DNA from: Spirochaetia bacterium
GTDB lineage: Bacteria > Spirochaetota > Spirochaetia > CADAEX01
NCBI GenBank assembly: GCA_045606105.1
Contig: JAZURI010000011.1
Span: 91,240-155,239, forward strand
Direction of reading: 5' to 3'
Length of the DNA stretch: 64,000 nucleotides
In this document: positions 8,734 through 19,816 of the stretch, piece after piece
Numbering within the stretch: position 1 is the first letter of the stretch
How the letters are laid out: every line of letters starts with the position of its first letter
Position numbers and translations under genes: made by a program
Notes under the pieces: generated by a model
Seen by the model: only the letters and a program-made list of their open reading frames with translations
Database searches by the model: none
What the model was told of the DNA's origin: nothing

Positions 8734-10712
8734 AGAAATTCAGGACTGCAGCCCCCTACGAGCCGGCCGGAGACCAGATCAAGGCCATAAAGGAGCTGAC
8801 CGAGGGGATAGAAAAGGGGTACAGGAAACAGATTCTCAAAGGGGTTACCGGCTCGGGCAAGACCTTTACCATGGCCAAGATCATAGAGAACGTGAACAAG
8901 CCTACCCTTGTGCTTTCCCACAACAAGACCCTGGCAGCCCAGCTTTACAGGGAGTTCAAGGATTTCTTTCCCGACAATGCGGTGGAATACTTTGTTTCCT
9001 ATTACGACTACTACCAGCCGGAAGCCTATGTTCCCTCCAAGGATCTCTACATAGAAAAGGATGCCAGTATAAACGAGGAGATAGAAAGGCTCAGGCTATC
9101 TGCCACCTCTTCCCTTCTGGAGCGGAAGGATGTAATCATAGTCTCCACCGTCTCCTGCATCTACGGTCTGGGAAGCCCGGACACCTACAAGGATATGAGA
9201 CTGATGCTCAGGGTGGGAGAAGAAAGGAACATCACAGCCATAGCCAGACAGCTGGTCTCCATGCAGTATGACAGGAATGACAATATAGGAGAGCGGGGAA
9301 ATTTTCGTATCCACGGTGATACCGTAGACATTTTCCCGGCCTATACAAAGCACGGCTACAGAATAAACCTGGACTGGGACGAAATAGCATCCATCACCGA
9401 ATTTGACCCTGTTACCGGAAACACTGTAGAAACCTACGACTTTATCACCGTATATCCGGCAAAGCATTTCGTGGTTCCCGAAGCAGATCTGAAAAAAGCC
9501 ATAGAGGGTATCAGGGAGGAGATGGAAGAAAGGTACAGGGAGCTGACCGAGGCAGGAAAGCTGCTGGAGGCACAGAGAATAAAATCCCGCACCGAGTACG
9601 ATATGGAAATGCTGGAGGAAATGGGATACTGTACCGGAATCGAAAACTATTCCAGACACATAACCGGAAGAAAGGAGGGGGAACGCCCTTATGTTCTTCT
9701 GGATTATTTTCCCAAGGATTTTCTCCTGTTTGTGGACGAATCCCATGTTACCCTTTCCCAGGTCAGGGCCATGTACGAGGGGGACCGTTCCAGAAAGACC
9801 ACACTCTACGACCATGGCTTCAGGCTGAAATCGGCCCTGGATAACAGACCGCTGGTTTACAGCGAGTTCGAGGCCATGCAGGATAAGGTTATCTATGTTT
9901 CCGCCACCCCCGGCAAGGAGGAGTACGAGAAGGGAGAAAATACCGTGGAACAGATTATCCGCCCTACAGGACTTCTGGATCCTGAAATCACCGTAAGGGG
10001 AACAAAGGGACAGATTGAAGATCTTTACAGCGAGATAAAGGAAAGGATAAAGGCTGACGAAAGGGTTCTCATCACCACTCTGACCAAGAAAATGGCGGAG
10101 GATCTTACCGATTACCTCAGCGGACTGGGACTGAAGGTCCGATATATGCATTCCGAAATCGAAACCTTTGAACGGGTGGAGATTATCAAGGAGCTCAGGA
10201 CAGGAAAGTGCGATATAATAGTAGGAATCAACCTGCTGAGAGAGGGACTTGATATTCCGGAGGTCTCACTGATTGCCATCATGGATGCGGACAAGATAGG
10301 CTTTCTCCGCTCTGCCACATCCCTTATCCAGACCATAGGAAGGGCTGCAAGAAATGTGAACGGCAAGGTAATAATGTATGCCGACAGGATGACCGAAGCC
10401 ATGGAGGAGGCCATAAAGGAGACACAGCGCCGCCGCGAAATCCAGCAGAAATACAACGAAGAGCACGGAATCACCCCTGTTACCGTAAAAAAGGCAGTTC
10501 AGGATATCCTTATCAGGAAGCATGCAGACAAGGTAAAAGGGGGAGAAACCAATGTTGAGGTTATCAAGAACAGCTATAATATGGTTAATCCTAAGGAAAG
10601 GAAAAAGCTGATAAAGGCCCTGGAAAAGGAGATGCTGGAGCATGCCAAGAATCTTGAGTTTGAGGAAGCGGCCATACTGAGGGATGAAATAGAAAAGCTC
10701 AGTGCTTTCTGA
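8730..10712 (+). CDS. uvrB: Excinuclease ABC subunit B
   Basis: [23 protein letters not shown]-terminal UVR domain. Confidence 0.98.
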   Translation: MKKFRTAAPYEPAGDQIKAIKELTEGIEKGYRKQILKGVTGSGKTFTMAKIIENVNKPTLVLSHNKTLAAQLYREFKDFFPDNAVEYFVSYYDYYQPEAYVPSKDLYIEKDASINEEIERLRLSATSSLLERKDVIIVSTVSCIYGLGSPDTYKDMRLMLRVGEERNITAIARQLVSMQYDRNDNIGERGNFRIHGDTVDIFPAYTKHGYRINLDWDEIASITEFDPVTGNTVETYDFITVYPAKHFVVPEADLKKAIEGIREEMEERYRELTEAGKLLEAQRIKSRTEYDMEMLEEMGYCTGIENYSRHITGRKEGERPYVLLDYFPKDFLLFVDESHVTLSQVRAMYEGDRSRKTTLYDHGFRLKSALDNRPLVYSEFEAMQDKVIYVSATPGKEEYEKGENTVEQIIRPTGLLDPEITVRGTKGQIEDLYSEIKERIKADERVLITTLTKKMAEDLTDYLSGLGLKVRYMHSEIETFERVEIIKELRTGKCDIIVGINLLREGLDIPEVSLIAIMDADKIGFLRSATSLIQTIGRAARNVNGKVIMYADRMTEAMEEAIKETQRRREIQQKYNEEHGITPVTVKKAVQDILIRKHADKVKGGETNVEVIKNSYNMVNPKERKKLIKALEKEMLEHAKNLEFEEAAILRDEIEKLSAF

Positions 10713-11943
10713 AAATTTCCACCGGTTTTATCCTGCCGCCCTGTCGAGCCGGCAGCCATGATGCAGCCACCGAGAAAAATACCGCAAGAAGGGCAAATAC
10801 CGCCAGCTTACCCGGATCAATATCCACAGGAATACTCTCCAGATAGAACTGTGAATCAAAGAGCGAAATATTGCATACCCCTTCCAGAAAGGCGATAATT
10901 CCGTTTATGTTTACAGCGGCCAGCACACCGACCGCTGTACCCAGCACTGCAGCACAGACCCCGATAAAAAGGGCGGTAAGCATGAAAATGGAGGAGATGT
11001 CCCTGTCTGTGGCCCCTGCACTTTTCAGCACCGCAATATCCTGCTTCTTGGAAATGACCATCATTATCATGGAGGATGAGATATTTACCGAAGCTACGGC
11101 CAGAATCAGGATCATTATGAAAATCAGAAACTTCCTTGTGGTATCCAGGGATGCCACCAGACTGTCGTTAAGGGTTTCCCAGCCAGACAACCGGACTCCC
11201 GGTACGGAGCTGTAGATTTCATCCATTACCGAATAAAGCTCATCGCCGAAAGGATCGGAAACCGTTACTCCCAGCATCCGGCTGTTCTTTTCCTTGAAAA
11301 GGGAGCTGCCGCACTCCAGAGAAATGAAGGCTGAAAGCATGTCCAGGTCCTGATATCCCGATGTATATATTCCTGTTACCCTGAAGCTTGTAGGCCTGAG
11401 CAGCACCGGTCTTCCCGGCACCACCCTGGCTGTCAGGAGCTTGATGGAATCGCCGGGAGCCACCTTAAGCTTGTCTGCAGTTTCGGAGCTGATGACTATG
11501 CTGTCCCTTTCAGCCAGGGAGAAATCGCCATCCTTTACCGTTATGTACTGCCGGAAACCATGGTTCTCGCTGTATACGGAATCGGGAATACCCCGTACCG
11601 TAATACCGGTCCTGCCATCCTCGGCATAAAGTATACCGCCTCCCTGAACGCATGGAAAAACATTTTCCACATTTTCAAGAGAAGAGATCTGTTCCATTAT
11701 ATCGGCCTCTTCTTCGGCCCCGGTATCAGCCGGGAGGCGTACCTGAATATGGAAGCTGCCTACCTCGATGTACCGGCTTACAATTCCCTCTATCATTCCG
11801 TCTGCAATCACGGATACCACAATCAGGGGAACCAGGCTGATGGCCGCCCCTATTACGGCACCCCGGATATGCCTGAACATACCTGCCTTGCTTTTATTGA
11901 AGAGAATCCTGAATGCAAAGAAGAAAGGGAAAAGCCTGATCAT
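10699..11943 (-). CDS. LolC/E-family lipoprotein-releasing ABC permease
   Basis: FtsX/MacB-type topology; IAVLKSAGA; follows lolD. Confidence 0.85.
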   Translation of the reverse strand: MIRLFPFFFAFRILFNKSKAGMFRHIRGAVIGAAISLVPLIVVSVIADGMIEGIVSRYIEVGSFHIQVRLPADTGAEEEADIMEQISSLENVENVFPCVQGGGILYAEDGRTGITVRGIPDSVYSENHGFRQYITVKDGDFSLAERDSIVISSETADKLKVAPGDSIKLLTARVVPGRPVLLRPTSFRVTGIYTSGYQDLDMLSAFISLECGSSLFKEKNSRMLGVTVSDPFGDELYSVMDEIYSSVPGVRLSGWETLNDSLVASLDTTRKFLIFIMILILAVASVNISSSMIMMVISKKQDIAVLKSAGATDRDISSIFMLTALFIGVCAAVLGTAVGVLAAVNINGIIAFLEGVCNISLFDSQFYLESIPVDIDPGKLAVFALLAVFFSVAASWLPARQGGRIKPVEIFRKH

Positions 11944-12617
11944 ATCTGCACGAAACCGCCGTTTTCAAGCTTTACCGTAATGTCGCCCCGGGCTGCAATA
12001 CCGGGATCGTGGGTTACCAGAATCAGGGATTTTCCCTTTTCGGCGGTAAGCTCAAAGAGTAGATTTTCTATGTTTCTGGAATTTTTTTCATCAAGGTTTC
12101 CTGTAGGCTCATCAGCCAGAATCAGCATGGGATTGTTTACCAATGCCCTGGCTACCGCTATTCTCTGCCTCTCGCCGCCGGAAAGACGGGAGGGATATGA
12201 ATTCCGCTTATGGATCATGTTGACCCTTTCCAGAAGCTCCTCACCCATCTCCCTTGCCTCTTTTTTAGGGATGCCGGAAATAAGGGCAGGAATCATGATA
12301 TTTTCAAGGGCATTCAGCTCCTTGAGGAGATAATGGAACTGGAAAATGAAGCCTATGGTACTGTTACGGTAGCTGCAGAGCCCCTTTCTGCCCAGTTTTG
12401 TGATATCGGTACCGTTTACAATGACGCTTCCGCTGTCGCAGAAGTCCAGGGAACCGATAATGTTGAGCAGAGTACTTTTACCGCAGCCGCTTTCCCCGGT
12501 TATGATAAGCTGTTTTCCGGCCTCCAGGGAAAAGTTCATATCCTTTATGATTTCAAGCCTTTCATCGCCGTTCTTATAGCTTTTGTTTAGATTTTTCAAT
12601 TCAAGAATATTCATCAT
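11940..12617 (-). CDS. lolD: Lipoprotein-releasing ABC ATPase
   Basis: GESGCGKST, GFIFQFHYLL, LSGGERQR, ADEPTGNLD. Confidence 0.88.
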   Translation of the reverse strand: MMNILELKNLNKSYKNGDERLEIIKDMNFSLEAGKQLIITGESGCGKSTLLNIIGSLDFCDSGSVIVNGTDITKLGRKGLCSYRNSTIGFIFQFHYLLKELNALENIMIPALISGIPKKEAREMGEELLERVNMIHKRNSYPSRLSGGERQRIAVARALVNNPMLILADEPTGNLDEKNSRNIENLLFELTAEKGKSLILVTHDPGIAARGDITVKLENGGFVQI

Positions 12618-13852
12618 TCACACCTCAGAACCGAAGCCGGATTCTTTACATCAAGCCTTCTGACTGCTGCCAGAGCCGAAAACACCGAAGAGAGAAATGC
12701 AAAAAGAAATGCTGCCAGAACCTCTCCCGGCATGATTTTTACCGGAATCTCCATTATATAGAAATAGGAGCGGGGAAAAAGCTGGAAACCGGATGCAATG
12801 CTGCCTACAAAATCAAAGATGGCATTGACATTGGAGGCCACCAGTATACCCAGTACCACCCCCAGCACACCCCCTGCCAGTCCGGTTATTATCCCTTCCG
12901 TTACAAATATTTTTCTCACCTCTTTTTCAGAAACTCCGATGGAATAGAGAATAGCTATATCCTCCATCTTTTCAGACACCGAGCGCTTCATGAAATTGAA
13001 TATATTTACACCGATAACCACAAAAATCAGGGAGATTACAAACATCATGGCAAACTTCTCCATCCTGAGAGCTCCGAAAAATGCCTTGTTGTATTCCCGC
13101 CATGAGACTATCTTTCCGTCGGTGACCTCCCGGAGCCTTTTTTCAGCCCTCTTGTCACGGTACTGGTTACTGAGCTTGACCCCCAGCTTTATATCCGGTG
13201 TACCGGCCTGAAGCAGAGGGGCGCTTTCCAGCGACATGATAACCAGGTTCCTGTCGTATTCGTAATAGCCGCTTTTGAAGATGCCTGTTACTTTAAAAGG
13301 TATATTCTGCGGCTTCAGCTTGTTGAAGCTCTCTCCTGCCAGGGCCATTACGGAAAATGTATCGCCAGGCTCCAGACGAAGGTATCTGGCAAGCTCGCTT
13401 CCGAGAATAACACCTTCACCGTTCTCAAGGGAGAATTTTCCCCTGATTATGTTCAGATGCTCCATGAAAAGCCTGTCCTCAGCCGCAGCCGCAGGATCCA
13501 CACAACGTACGTTTATAGGGGCCAGCCTGGAAAGGGAGCCTTCGGAAAGAACCTGAATATCGGTAAACGGAACACAGCTCCTGATACCGCGGACCTCTGA
13601 AACCTTTTCCGGAATTGAAGGATCCTTTCCGTCATAATCTATCCGCATGTGGTATGAGCCGATTTCAAGGATGTCGGAAATATAACCGAACTGCAGTCCG
13701 TTCATTATGGAAATGACGGTAATGAGGGTCATGACTCCTACTGCCAGACCAAGTACGGAGAGTAGCTGGGTAATGTTGCGGTTTTCCCTTTCCCGGCCCA
13801 TGAGATAACGGCCGGAAAGAAAGGTTATCCATCTGAAGCTGCGTTTTCCCAT
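12614..13852 (-). CDS. LolC/E-family lipoprotein-releasing ABC permease
   Basis: SVLGLAVGVMTLITVISIMNG motif; ALRMEK. Confidence 0.85.
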   Translation of the reverse strand: MGKRSFRWITFLSGRYLMGRERENRNITQLLSVLGLAVGVMTLITVISIMNGLQFGYISDILEIGSYHMRIDYDGKDPSIPEKVSEVRGIRSCVPFTDIQVLSEGSLSRLAPINVRCVDPAAAAEDRLFMEHLNIIRGKFSLENGEGVILGSELARYLRLEPGDTFSVMALAGESFNKLKPQNIPFKVTGIFKSGYYEYDRNLVIMSLESAPLLQAGTPDIKLGVKLSNQYRDKRAEKRLREVTDGKIVSWREYNKAFFGALRMEKFAMMFVISLIFVVIGVNIFNFMKRSVSEKMEDIAILYSIGVSEKEVRKIFVTEGIITGLAGGVLGVVLGILVASNVNAIFDFVGSIASGFQLFPRSYFYIMEIPVKIMPGEVLAAFLFAFLSSVFSALAAVRRLDVKNPASVLRCE

Positions 13853-14883
13853 TCTTCCTTCTTCACCCTCTCCCTGTTCAGGTAATAGTATGTGGCAATA
13901 ATGCCTCCGCCGGACATGATATCTTCCACAAAATCATTATCAGTCCTATAAGTTATTATTTTATAAAGAGTTCCGTTTCTGTATCTTGTTTCGGTTTTTA
14001 CATGGTCCCCTTCATAGGTATAAAGAATCTTCTCCATTCCGCCGGGAAAGGACTCCACTGATGATATGAGATTGGAGGCCTCATCATAGCCGAAAACCCT
14101 CTTTCTTGTAAGACGGTCCCCTTCAAGTTCCTCTTCCGATTCTGTCCTTCCTGAGCTGTCGTACCTGCTTATAACCCGTGTATTCAGATCGTGGTTTACC
14201 AACTCCGATGACTCAAGACCCTTTTCGCCGTAGACAAAGGATTCTGATGTTACCTCCCGACCTTCAAGCCATTCCGTACAGCCGGCAACCCTTCCGTCAC
14301 GGTCGTATCTGACAGAGGTTCCCGTATAATCGGCATTTCCGTGCCACTCCATGATAAGCCGGCCGCCGGAGAATACATACCTTGTATCCTCCCTCCCCTC
14401 TTCCTCGCTGCCTGAAAAAACCGCACCTGAAATACGGCCGATGCTGTCACGGTTCAGGGTGGTGGAGCCTATCTTGTTTCCTTCGCCGTCAAAGCTGAGG
14501 ATCTCCCCGAGAATACCCCCGTCATAGATAAAAACCTCCCGGCCGGTAAGAATGTCATCCTTGTAGAAGCTCTCCTCCAGTATGCCTGAACCGTCGTACA
14601 CTGTCTCGGTTCTTGCGTTCCCTTCGGTAACAACCTCCTTAAGCATTCCGCCGTCGCTGCCGTAGAAGATTTCCCTGGTATTTATCAGTTCTCCGTTCCT
14701 GCCGTACAGTGTCCTCAGAACCCTGTTGTCCTCCCGCTCCAGCTTTATGTACCGGTCAAATTCACCGGTCCTGTACCTGCTTATCTTTTCCAGAAGCATG
14801 CCTGAGCTGTTGGAGGCAAAATATTCCTCCCCGAAAAGAGAGACGGCAAGAAATAGGAAAAAGGCAATACTAATCTGTTTCAA
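13825..14883 (-). CDS. Exported beta-hairpin repeat protein (YD/MORN-like)
   Basis: Probable TTG start ([18 protein letters not shown] signal peptide); repeated YD..G motifs. Confidence 0.65.
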   Translation of the reverse strand: MKQISIAFFLFLAVSLFGEEYFASNSSGMLLEKISRYRTGEFDRYIKLEREDNRVLRTLYGRNGELINTREIFYGSDGGMLKEVVTEGNARTETVYDGSGILEESFYKDDILTGREVFIYDGGILGEILSFDGEGNKIGSTTLNRDSIGRISGAVFSGSEEEGREDTRYVFSGGRLIMEWHGNADYTGTSVRYDRDGRVAGCTEWLEGREVTSESFVYGEKGLESSELVNHDLNTRVISRYDSSGRTESEEELEGDRLTRKRVFGYDEASNLISSVESFPGGMEKILYTYEGDHVKTETRYRNGTLYKIITYRTDNDFVEDIMSGGGIIATYYYLNRERVKKEEWENAASDG

Positions 14884-15736
14884 GCAATGTTTCCAGATAT
14901 TTTTTCTTGTCAAACCTTGCAAAATCGCCGTATTTTTCACCGGTTCCCACAAAGGCTACAGGAATTCCCAGCTTACCGGAAATGGAAATAAGGCTTCCCC
15001 CCTTGGCTGCGGAATCGTATTTGGCCAGGACGATACCGTCGATATTCATGGCCTCGTTGAAGATCTCCACCTGGCTTACGCCGTTCTGACCGGTGGTAGC
15101 ATCGATAACGATGAATTTCTTGTAGTTCTCTGCCGGAATCTTGCTTGTGATGATCTTATCGATCTTCTGCAGCTCCTTGATAAGGTTTGTCTTGTTGTGC
15201 ATTCTTCCTGCAGTATCTGCGAGAATCACATCCTCACCCCTGGACCTCACGCTGTCGATGGCATCATAGATTACGGCACCCGGATCTGAGCCGTGCTGCT
15301 GGTTAACAACCCTGATTCCCAGTCTTTCGCCGTGGATTCCGATCTGCTCGATGGCAGCTGCACGGAAGGTATCTCCTGCCGCAAAAACCACCTTCTTTCC
15401 CATGGTGTTCTTGATATAATTTCCCAGCTTGGCAATGGATGTGGTCTTTCCTACCCCGTTTACTCCGAGGAACAGATAAAGGTTTATCCCCTCGTTGAGG
15501 CGGAAGTCATATTCAACCACCTTGTTGTCCAGTATCCTTTTAAGAGCCTCCTTCAGGGTCTCAAAATCATCTATCTTTTCCTTTGAAGCCACTTCCCTCA
15601 GCTCGTCCACAATGGACACAGCCATGGAAGCACCCACATCCCCCTCTATAAGAGCATCCTCAAGATCCTCAAACGCACTTTCGTCAATCCTTGTCTTCTT
15701 GAAAAGCTTCTTGAACAAATTTCCCAATGATTTCAT
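14870..15736 (-). CDS. ftsY: SRP receptor FtsY
   Basis: [25 protein letters not shown]. Confidence 0.97.
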   Translation of the reverse strand: MKSLGNLFKKLFKKTRIDESAFEDLEDALIEGDVGASMAVSIVDELREVASKEKIDDFETLKEALKRILDNKVVEYDFRLNEGINLYLFLGVNGVGKTTSIAKLGNYIKNTMGKKVVFAAGDTFRAAAIEQIGIHGERLGIRVVNQQHGSDPGAVIYDAIDSVRSRGEDVILADTAGRMHNKTNLIKELQKIDKIITSKIPAENYKKFIVIDATTGQNGVSQVEIFNEAMNIDGIVLAKYDSAAKGGSLISISGKLGIPVAFVGTGEKYGDFARFDKKKYLETLLETD

Positions 15737-15739
15737 ATT

Positions 15740-17167
15740 TCAACTCCTGTCGTCGTTATAGGCTTCTCCGGTCCTTATGTAATCCTTCAGATGAAACATG
15801 GCGTTTACAAAAAGGGTTACAGACAGGAACAGTGAGCCGTAATACATACCTCTGCTGTAATTCCTGATTCTTTTATTCTTGCGCTGCTCATGGCTGCTGC
15901 CCGATGCAACGCTTCTCTTGTATAAATCATCGTAAGACTGATAATTGGCATAGGAAAAGAAAGCCACAGGTATGGAGAGAACGAAAAATGTAAGGTTCTT
16001 GTAGAAATCGTTCCTCTTCTCCAGCAGATATCCGTCCCTGTCGAAAAGCTCCTTCTGAGGATAAAATTCCAGGCTGTTTCCCTCTGCATCCTCCAGGAAG
16101 CCCCTGGAGCTGAGATACCCCTCCTTGGATATAACTACTTCACCCTCATCCCCCTCAATTACCATAGGGGTTTTTCCCTGCCACACGGAGCGGTAATAGA
16201 TGTCGGCACCCGGCGGATCCGATGAAATGACAACATGGCGGCCCGGCTTTGGGCTCACCTCCATGTCCAGCTCCAGGACACCGCCGCTATCCAGGGTAAT
16301 CTCCCTTTCGGCAATATCTGTGCCGGCTCCGAAAACCGTTACCTTGTGCACTCCCGGCTCCACTATTATGTCGGTTGAGCTGCCTGTAGCCTTGTATTCA
16401 CCGTCCACATAGATATCTGCATCGGGATCGTTCAGGTTCAGGCTGATCCTGGCCCAGTCGGTTCCCAGCATGAAACCGTTGAAGCTGTCCAGCGCCCTGG
16501 CTACGGAATCGTAGATCCTGTCCAGGCTGTCAGTAACCCGTATGGAATGGACATTCCTGTTTTCCAGCCGGCTGTAAAGGCTGATTTCTGTTGCAGCAGT
16601 ATCCTCCACCACAGTTACGGTACCCCAGATTATATAATCCAGTTTCCTGGAAACTGCCTCGGTATAAAGGTCAGCCGGGCTTTTCAGCTCTGTATCCTCC
16701 TTCTCGTCCTGATTCAGGAGAACTATTTCCTTTTCCTTCTCTATGTAAATCCTTTCAGTCTTGTATCTTTCTGCTTTCTTCAGCTTCTTCTTCCCCTTCC
16801 TGATATTGTTAAGGGCACTTTTTTCGGAGCTGTTGTCCGCAGATTCGGAAAAGAGCAGTTCGTCATATTTCTTGTAATATCCCGAAAGCTCCTTCCTGCA
16901 CTTTATTATATATTCTTCCTTAAGGAAATTTCTCATGCTTTCCGCTTCCTTATCGCTCATGAGGTGGGTCCTGAAGGCAGAGAAATGTCTGGCCGCAGTA
17001 CTGCTCAGGGTTGTACTTACACCGGAGCTGCTGCCGGAATGGGGGCTGCTGATCAGGTCTGTAACCAGCACACGCCACTCATCCGACTTGTCCCGAAGCA
17101 CATCCTCCTGACCGAAAACCCAAAGAGGCATCAGAAAAAGCAGAAAAGCAAGAAAAATCCTAGCCAT
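15740..17167 (-). CDS. PEGA-domain membrane/exported protein
   Basis: Signal peptide; DADIYVDG and SDPPGADIY...GKTP PEGA motifs; two C-terminal hydrophobic segments. Confidence 0.75.
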   Translation of the reverse strand: MARIFLAFLLFLMPLWVFGQEDVLRDKSDEWRVLVTDLISSPHSGSSSGVSTTLSSTAARHFSAFRTHLMSDKEAESMRNFLKEEYIIKCRKELSGYYKKYDELLFSESADNSSEKSALNNIRKGKKKLKKAERYKTERIYIEKEKEIVLLNQDEKEDTELKSPADLYTEAVSRKLDYIIWGTVTVVEDTAATEISLYSRLENRNVHSIRVTDSLDRIYDSVARALDSFNGFMLGTDWARISLNLNDPDADIYVDGEYKATGSSTDIIVEPGVHKVTVFGAGTDIAEREITLDSGGVLELDMEVSPKPGRHVVISSDPPGADIYYRSVWQGKTPMVIEGDEGEVVISKEGYLSSRGFLEDAEGNSLEFYPQKELFDRDGYLLEKRNDFYKNLTFFVLSIPVAFFSYANYQSYDDLYKRSVASGSSHEQRKNKRIRNYSRGMYYGSLFLSVTLFVNAMFHLKDYIRTGEAYNDDRS

Positions 17168-18270
17168 TATCCTTGTTCTGCCACATGTATTTGAGGTATT
17201 CCTCGATAAAGTAATCTATGTTACCGTCCATTACGCTCTGGATATTTCCGATTTCAGCCTTGGTCCTGTGATCCTTTACCATGGTGTATGGCTGGAAAAC
17301 GTAGGAACGGATCTGGCTTCCGAAGTTGATGTCCTTCTTTTCCTGGGAATTCTTCTCGTTTTCCTCGTCCTGCTTGGCCTTGTAATATTCGTAGAGCCTG
17401 GAACGGAGAACCTTCATTGCCATGGCCCTGTTCTTGATCTGGCTTCTTTCGTTCTGGCACTGAACCACGATTCCTGTCTCGAAGTGGGTGATGCGGACTG
17501 CCGAGTCGGTCTTGTTTACATGCTGACCGCCGGCACCTGATGCACGGTAGGTATCCACCCTGATATCCTCAGGTCTGATATCGATATCGATATTGTCATC
17601 CACAACCGGTGAAACGTAGATTGATGAGAAGGATGTATGACGGCGGGCGTTGGAATCGAACGGAGAAATACGTACCAGACGGTGGATTCCCGATTCACAC
17701 TTGAGAAATCCGTGGGCATATTCACCGTTGACCTGCATGGTTACCGACTTGATTCCCCCTTCAGCCTCCTGAAGATCCGCAATCTCTGTCTTGAATCCCT
17801 TTCTTTCGGCCCATCTCAGGTACATCCTGTAAAGCATGCTGGCCCAGTCACAGGCCTCTGTTCCGCCGGCTCCCGCATGGATGGTCATGAATGCATCGTT
17901 GCGGTCTGTAGGCTCGCTGAAAAGCTCCAGTGTCCTGAGTCTTCCGTATTCAGCCTTCATTCTGGTAATGGCATCGGCAATATCTGCCTCAAAGGATTCG
18001 TCATTCTCTGCCACAGCCATTTCGTAAAGGTCAGTTGTGTCCTCGATCTGTGTCTTGAGCTCCTGCCAGGGATAGAGAATATCCTTCTTCTGCTTGATTT
18101 CTCCCATAACCTTTTCAGCTTTCTTTGTATCGTTCCAGAAGCCTTCGGCAGCAGTGGATGCCTCCAGTGCTTCAATCTCGGATGCTATCTTATCCGAGTC
18201 AAAGATGCCTCCAGGTTTCAAATATATCTTCTTTGAGCTGTACAAGCTCCAGCTTATAATCTTCCAGCAT
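17160..18270 (-). CDS. prfB: Peptide chain release factor 2, +1 programmed frameshift
   Basis: True ATG at 18270 after GGAGG (MLEDYKLELVQLKEDIFETWRHL), then CTT TGA C; SPF and GGQ motifs. Confidence 0.96.
18198..18212 (-). promoter_or_regulatory. prfB frameshift site: internal SD GGAGG plus CTT-TGA-C
   Basis: Minus strand TGGAGGCATCTTTGAC. Confidence 0.95.
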
Positions 18271-18377
18271 AGTTTCCTCCAATATAAATAATATAATAAT
18301 TATGTTGTTTCCGCAATACTTTAGCCCGATGCTTGAAAAAGCAGTTTTTTTTATATATATTATTTTCGGAGAATACT

Positions 18378-18872
18378 ATGAGTCTTAATGTTGTTACTTT
18401 AGGAAAAGAAGTCCTGCGGGAAAAAGCAAAGCCTGTGGAGACCTTCGATGCCGAGCTTGAAAATATCATAAACGAAATGTTTGTTCTCATGGATGAAAGA
18501 AGAGGAGTGGGACTGGCCGCACCTCAGGTGGGAATCAGCAGACGTTTTTTTATTACCAATGCTCCCGACGACAAGAAAAGGGTTTTCATCAACCCTGAAA
18601 TCATTGCCACCTCCCAGGAAACAGTAAAGGCGGAAGAGGGCTGTCTCAGTCTGCCGGGTGTATGGGGAAACGTGGAACGCTCCGTTGCCATAAGTATTCA
18701 GGCATACGATGTAAAGGGAAAGATCTTCAGACTGAATGCAGAGGATTGGCTGGCCAGAGTGATCCAGCACGAATACGACCATCTGGACGGAAAGCTTTTC
18801 GTGGACAGAATGTCTGACAATGCAAGAAACAAGCTTATTTCACAGTATGAAAGGATGAACCAGAACAAATGA
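18378..18872 (+). CDS. def: Peptide deformylase
   Basis: GVGLAAPQVG, EGCLS, QHEYDH; ATG at 18378 after GGAG. Confidence 0.95.
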   Translation: MSLNVVTLGKEVLREKAKPVETFDAELENIINEMFVLMDERRGVGLAAPQVGISRRFFITNAPDDKKRVFINPEIIATSQETVKAEEGCLSLPGVWGNVERSVAISIQAYDVKGKIFRLNAEDWLARVIQHEYDHLDGKLFVDRMSDNARNKLISQYERMNQNK

Positions 18873-19816
18873 AGATTCTCTTTGCAGGAACACCGGCCAT
18901 AGCGGTACCGGCTCTCAGGGCCCTTGCGGAAAAGGGATATGCTGCGGGAGTCCTTACCAATCCCGACAGACCCTCAGGAAGAAAACGGATTCCTGAGCCA
19001 TCACCTGTAAAGCAGTGTGCCCTGGAGTACGGAATCAAGGTATTTCAGCCGGAAAAACCTGACGAGGAATTCATCTCCCTCCTCAAAGAGGAAAATTTTG
19101 ATGTTCTCATAACCTTTGCATACGGAAAAATATTCAAGGAAAATTTCCTGGCCCTTTTCAAGGATGGGGCCTATAACATACATCCTTCACTTCTGCCCCG
19201 CTTCAGGGGTGCATCTCCCATCAACGCAGCCATTCTGGCCGGAGAAAGCGAAACCGGTATCTCCATACAGAAAATGGCCCTTAAAATGGATGCCGGAGAT
19301 ATAGTCATGCAGTTCAGGTTTCCTCTGAACGGCACCGAAAACAGCGAAACGCTTTCGGAATTCGTGGCAGCAAAAAGCGGGGAAATGATATCCGAGTTTG
19401 CAGACAGGCTTACCGAAGGAAATATTACCGGAACACCTCAGGATGATTCCAAGGCCACCTACTGCCGCATCATAGGCAAGGAGGAGGGAAAAATCGACTG
19501 GAACGAGGATGCCCGGATCATAGAACGTAAAATCAGAGGCTATTTCCCGTGGCCCGGCAGTTATACAGCTTTCGGAGACAAAACCCTTACCGTAACCGAG
19601 GGAGCAGTATACACGGGGGAGGATTTCGCCGATGCCGACAAAACTCCCGGCAAGGTACTGGGAAGCGACAGGCAGCAGGGAATAATCATTGCCGCCGGAG
19701 CAGGTAAGCTGGCGGTAACAAGGCTCAAGCCCCAGGCAAAGAATGAAATGGACTGGAAATCCTTTCTCAACGGCAACAGAAACTTCATCGGAACCCAACT
19801 GGGAGAAAATAAATGA
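18869..19816 (+). CDS. fmt: Methionyl-tRNA formyltransferase
   Basis: FAGTP, NIHPSLLPRFRGASP, MDAGD. Confidence 0.96.
   Translation: MKILFAGTPAIAVPALRALAEKGYAAGVLTNPDRPSGRKRIPEPSPVKQCALEYGIKVFQPEKPDEEFISLLKEENFDVLITFAYGKIFKENFLALFKDGAYNIHPSLLPRFRGASPINAAILAGESETGISIQKMALKMDAGDIVMQFRFPLNGTENSETLSEFVAAKSGEMISEFADRLTEGNITGTPQDDSKATYCRIIGKEEGKIDWNEDARIIERKIRGYFPWPGSYTAFGDKTLTVTEGAVYTGEDFADADKTPGKVLGSDRQQGIIIAAGAGKLAVTRLKPQAKNEMDWKSFLNGNRNFIGTQLGENK

Noticed and set aside
9096-10151. 351-aa minus-strand ORF inside uvrB, and similar ORFs opposite alaS, MATE, ftsK and nhaC
   Set aside because: Antisense frames kept open by codon bias; no protein-like features.
13825-14952. Rhs toxin
   Set aside because: YD-like repeats only; no Rhs core DPxG motif, toxin tip or immunity gene.
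18199-18245. ORF-track N-terminus MYSSKKIYLKPGGIF for RF2
   Set aside because: Artefact of the +1 frameshift; the real start is 18270.
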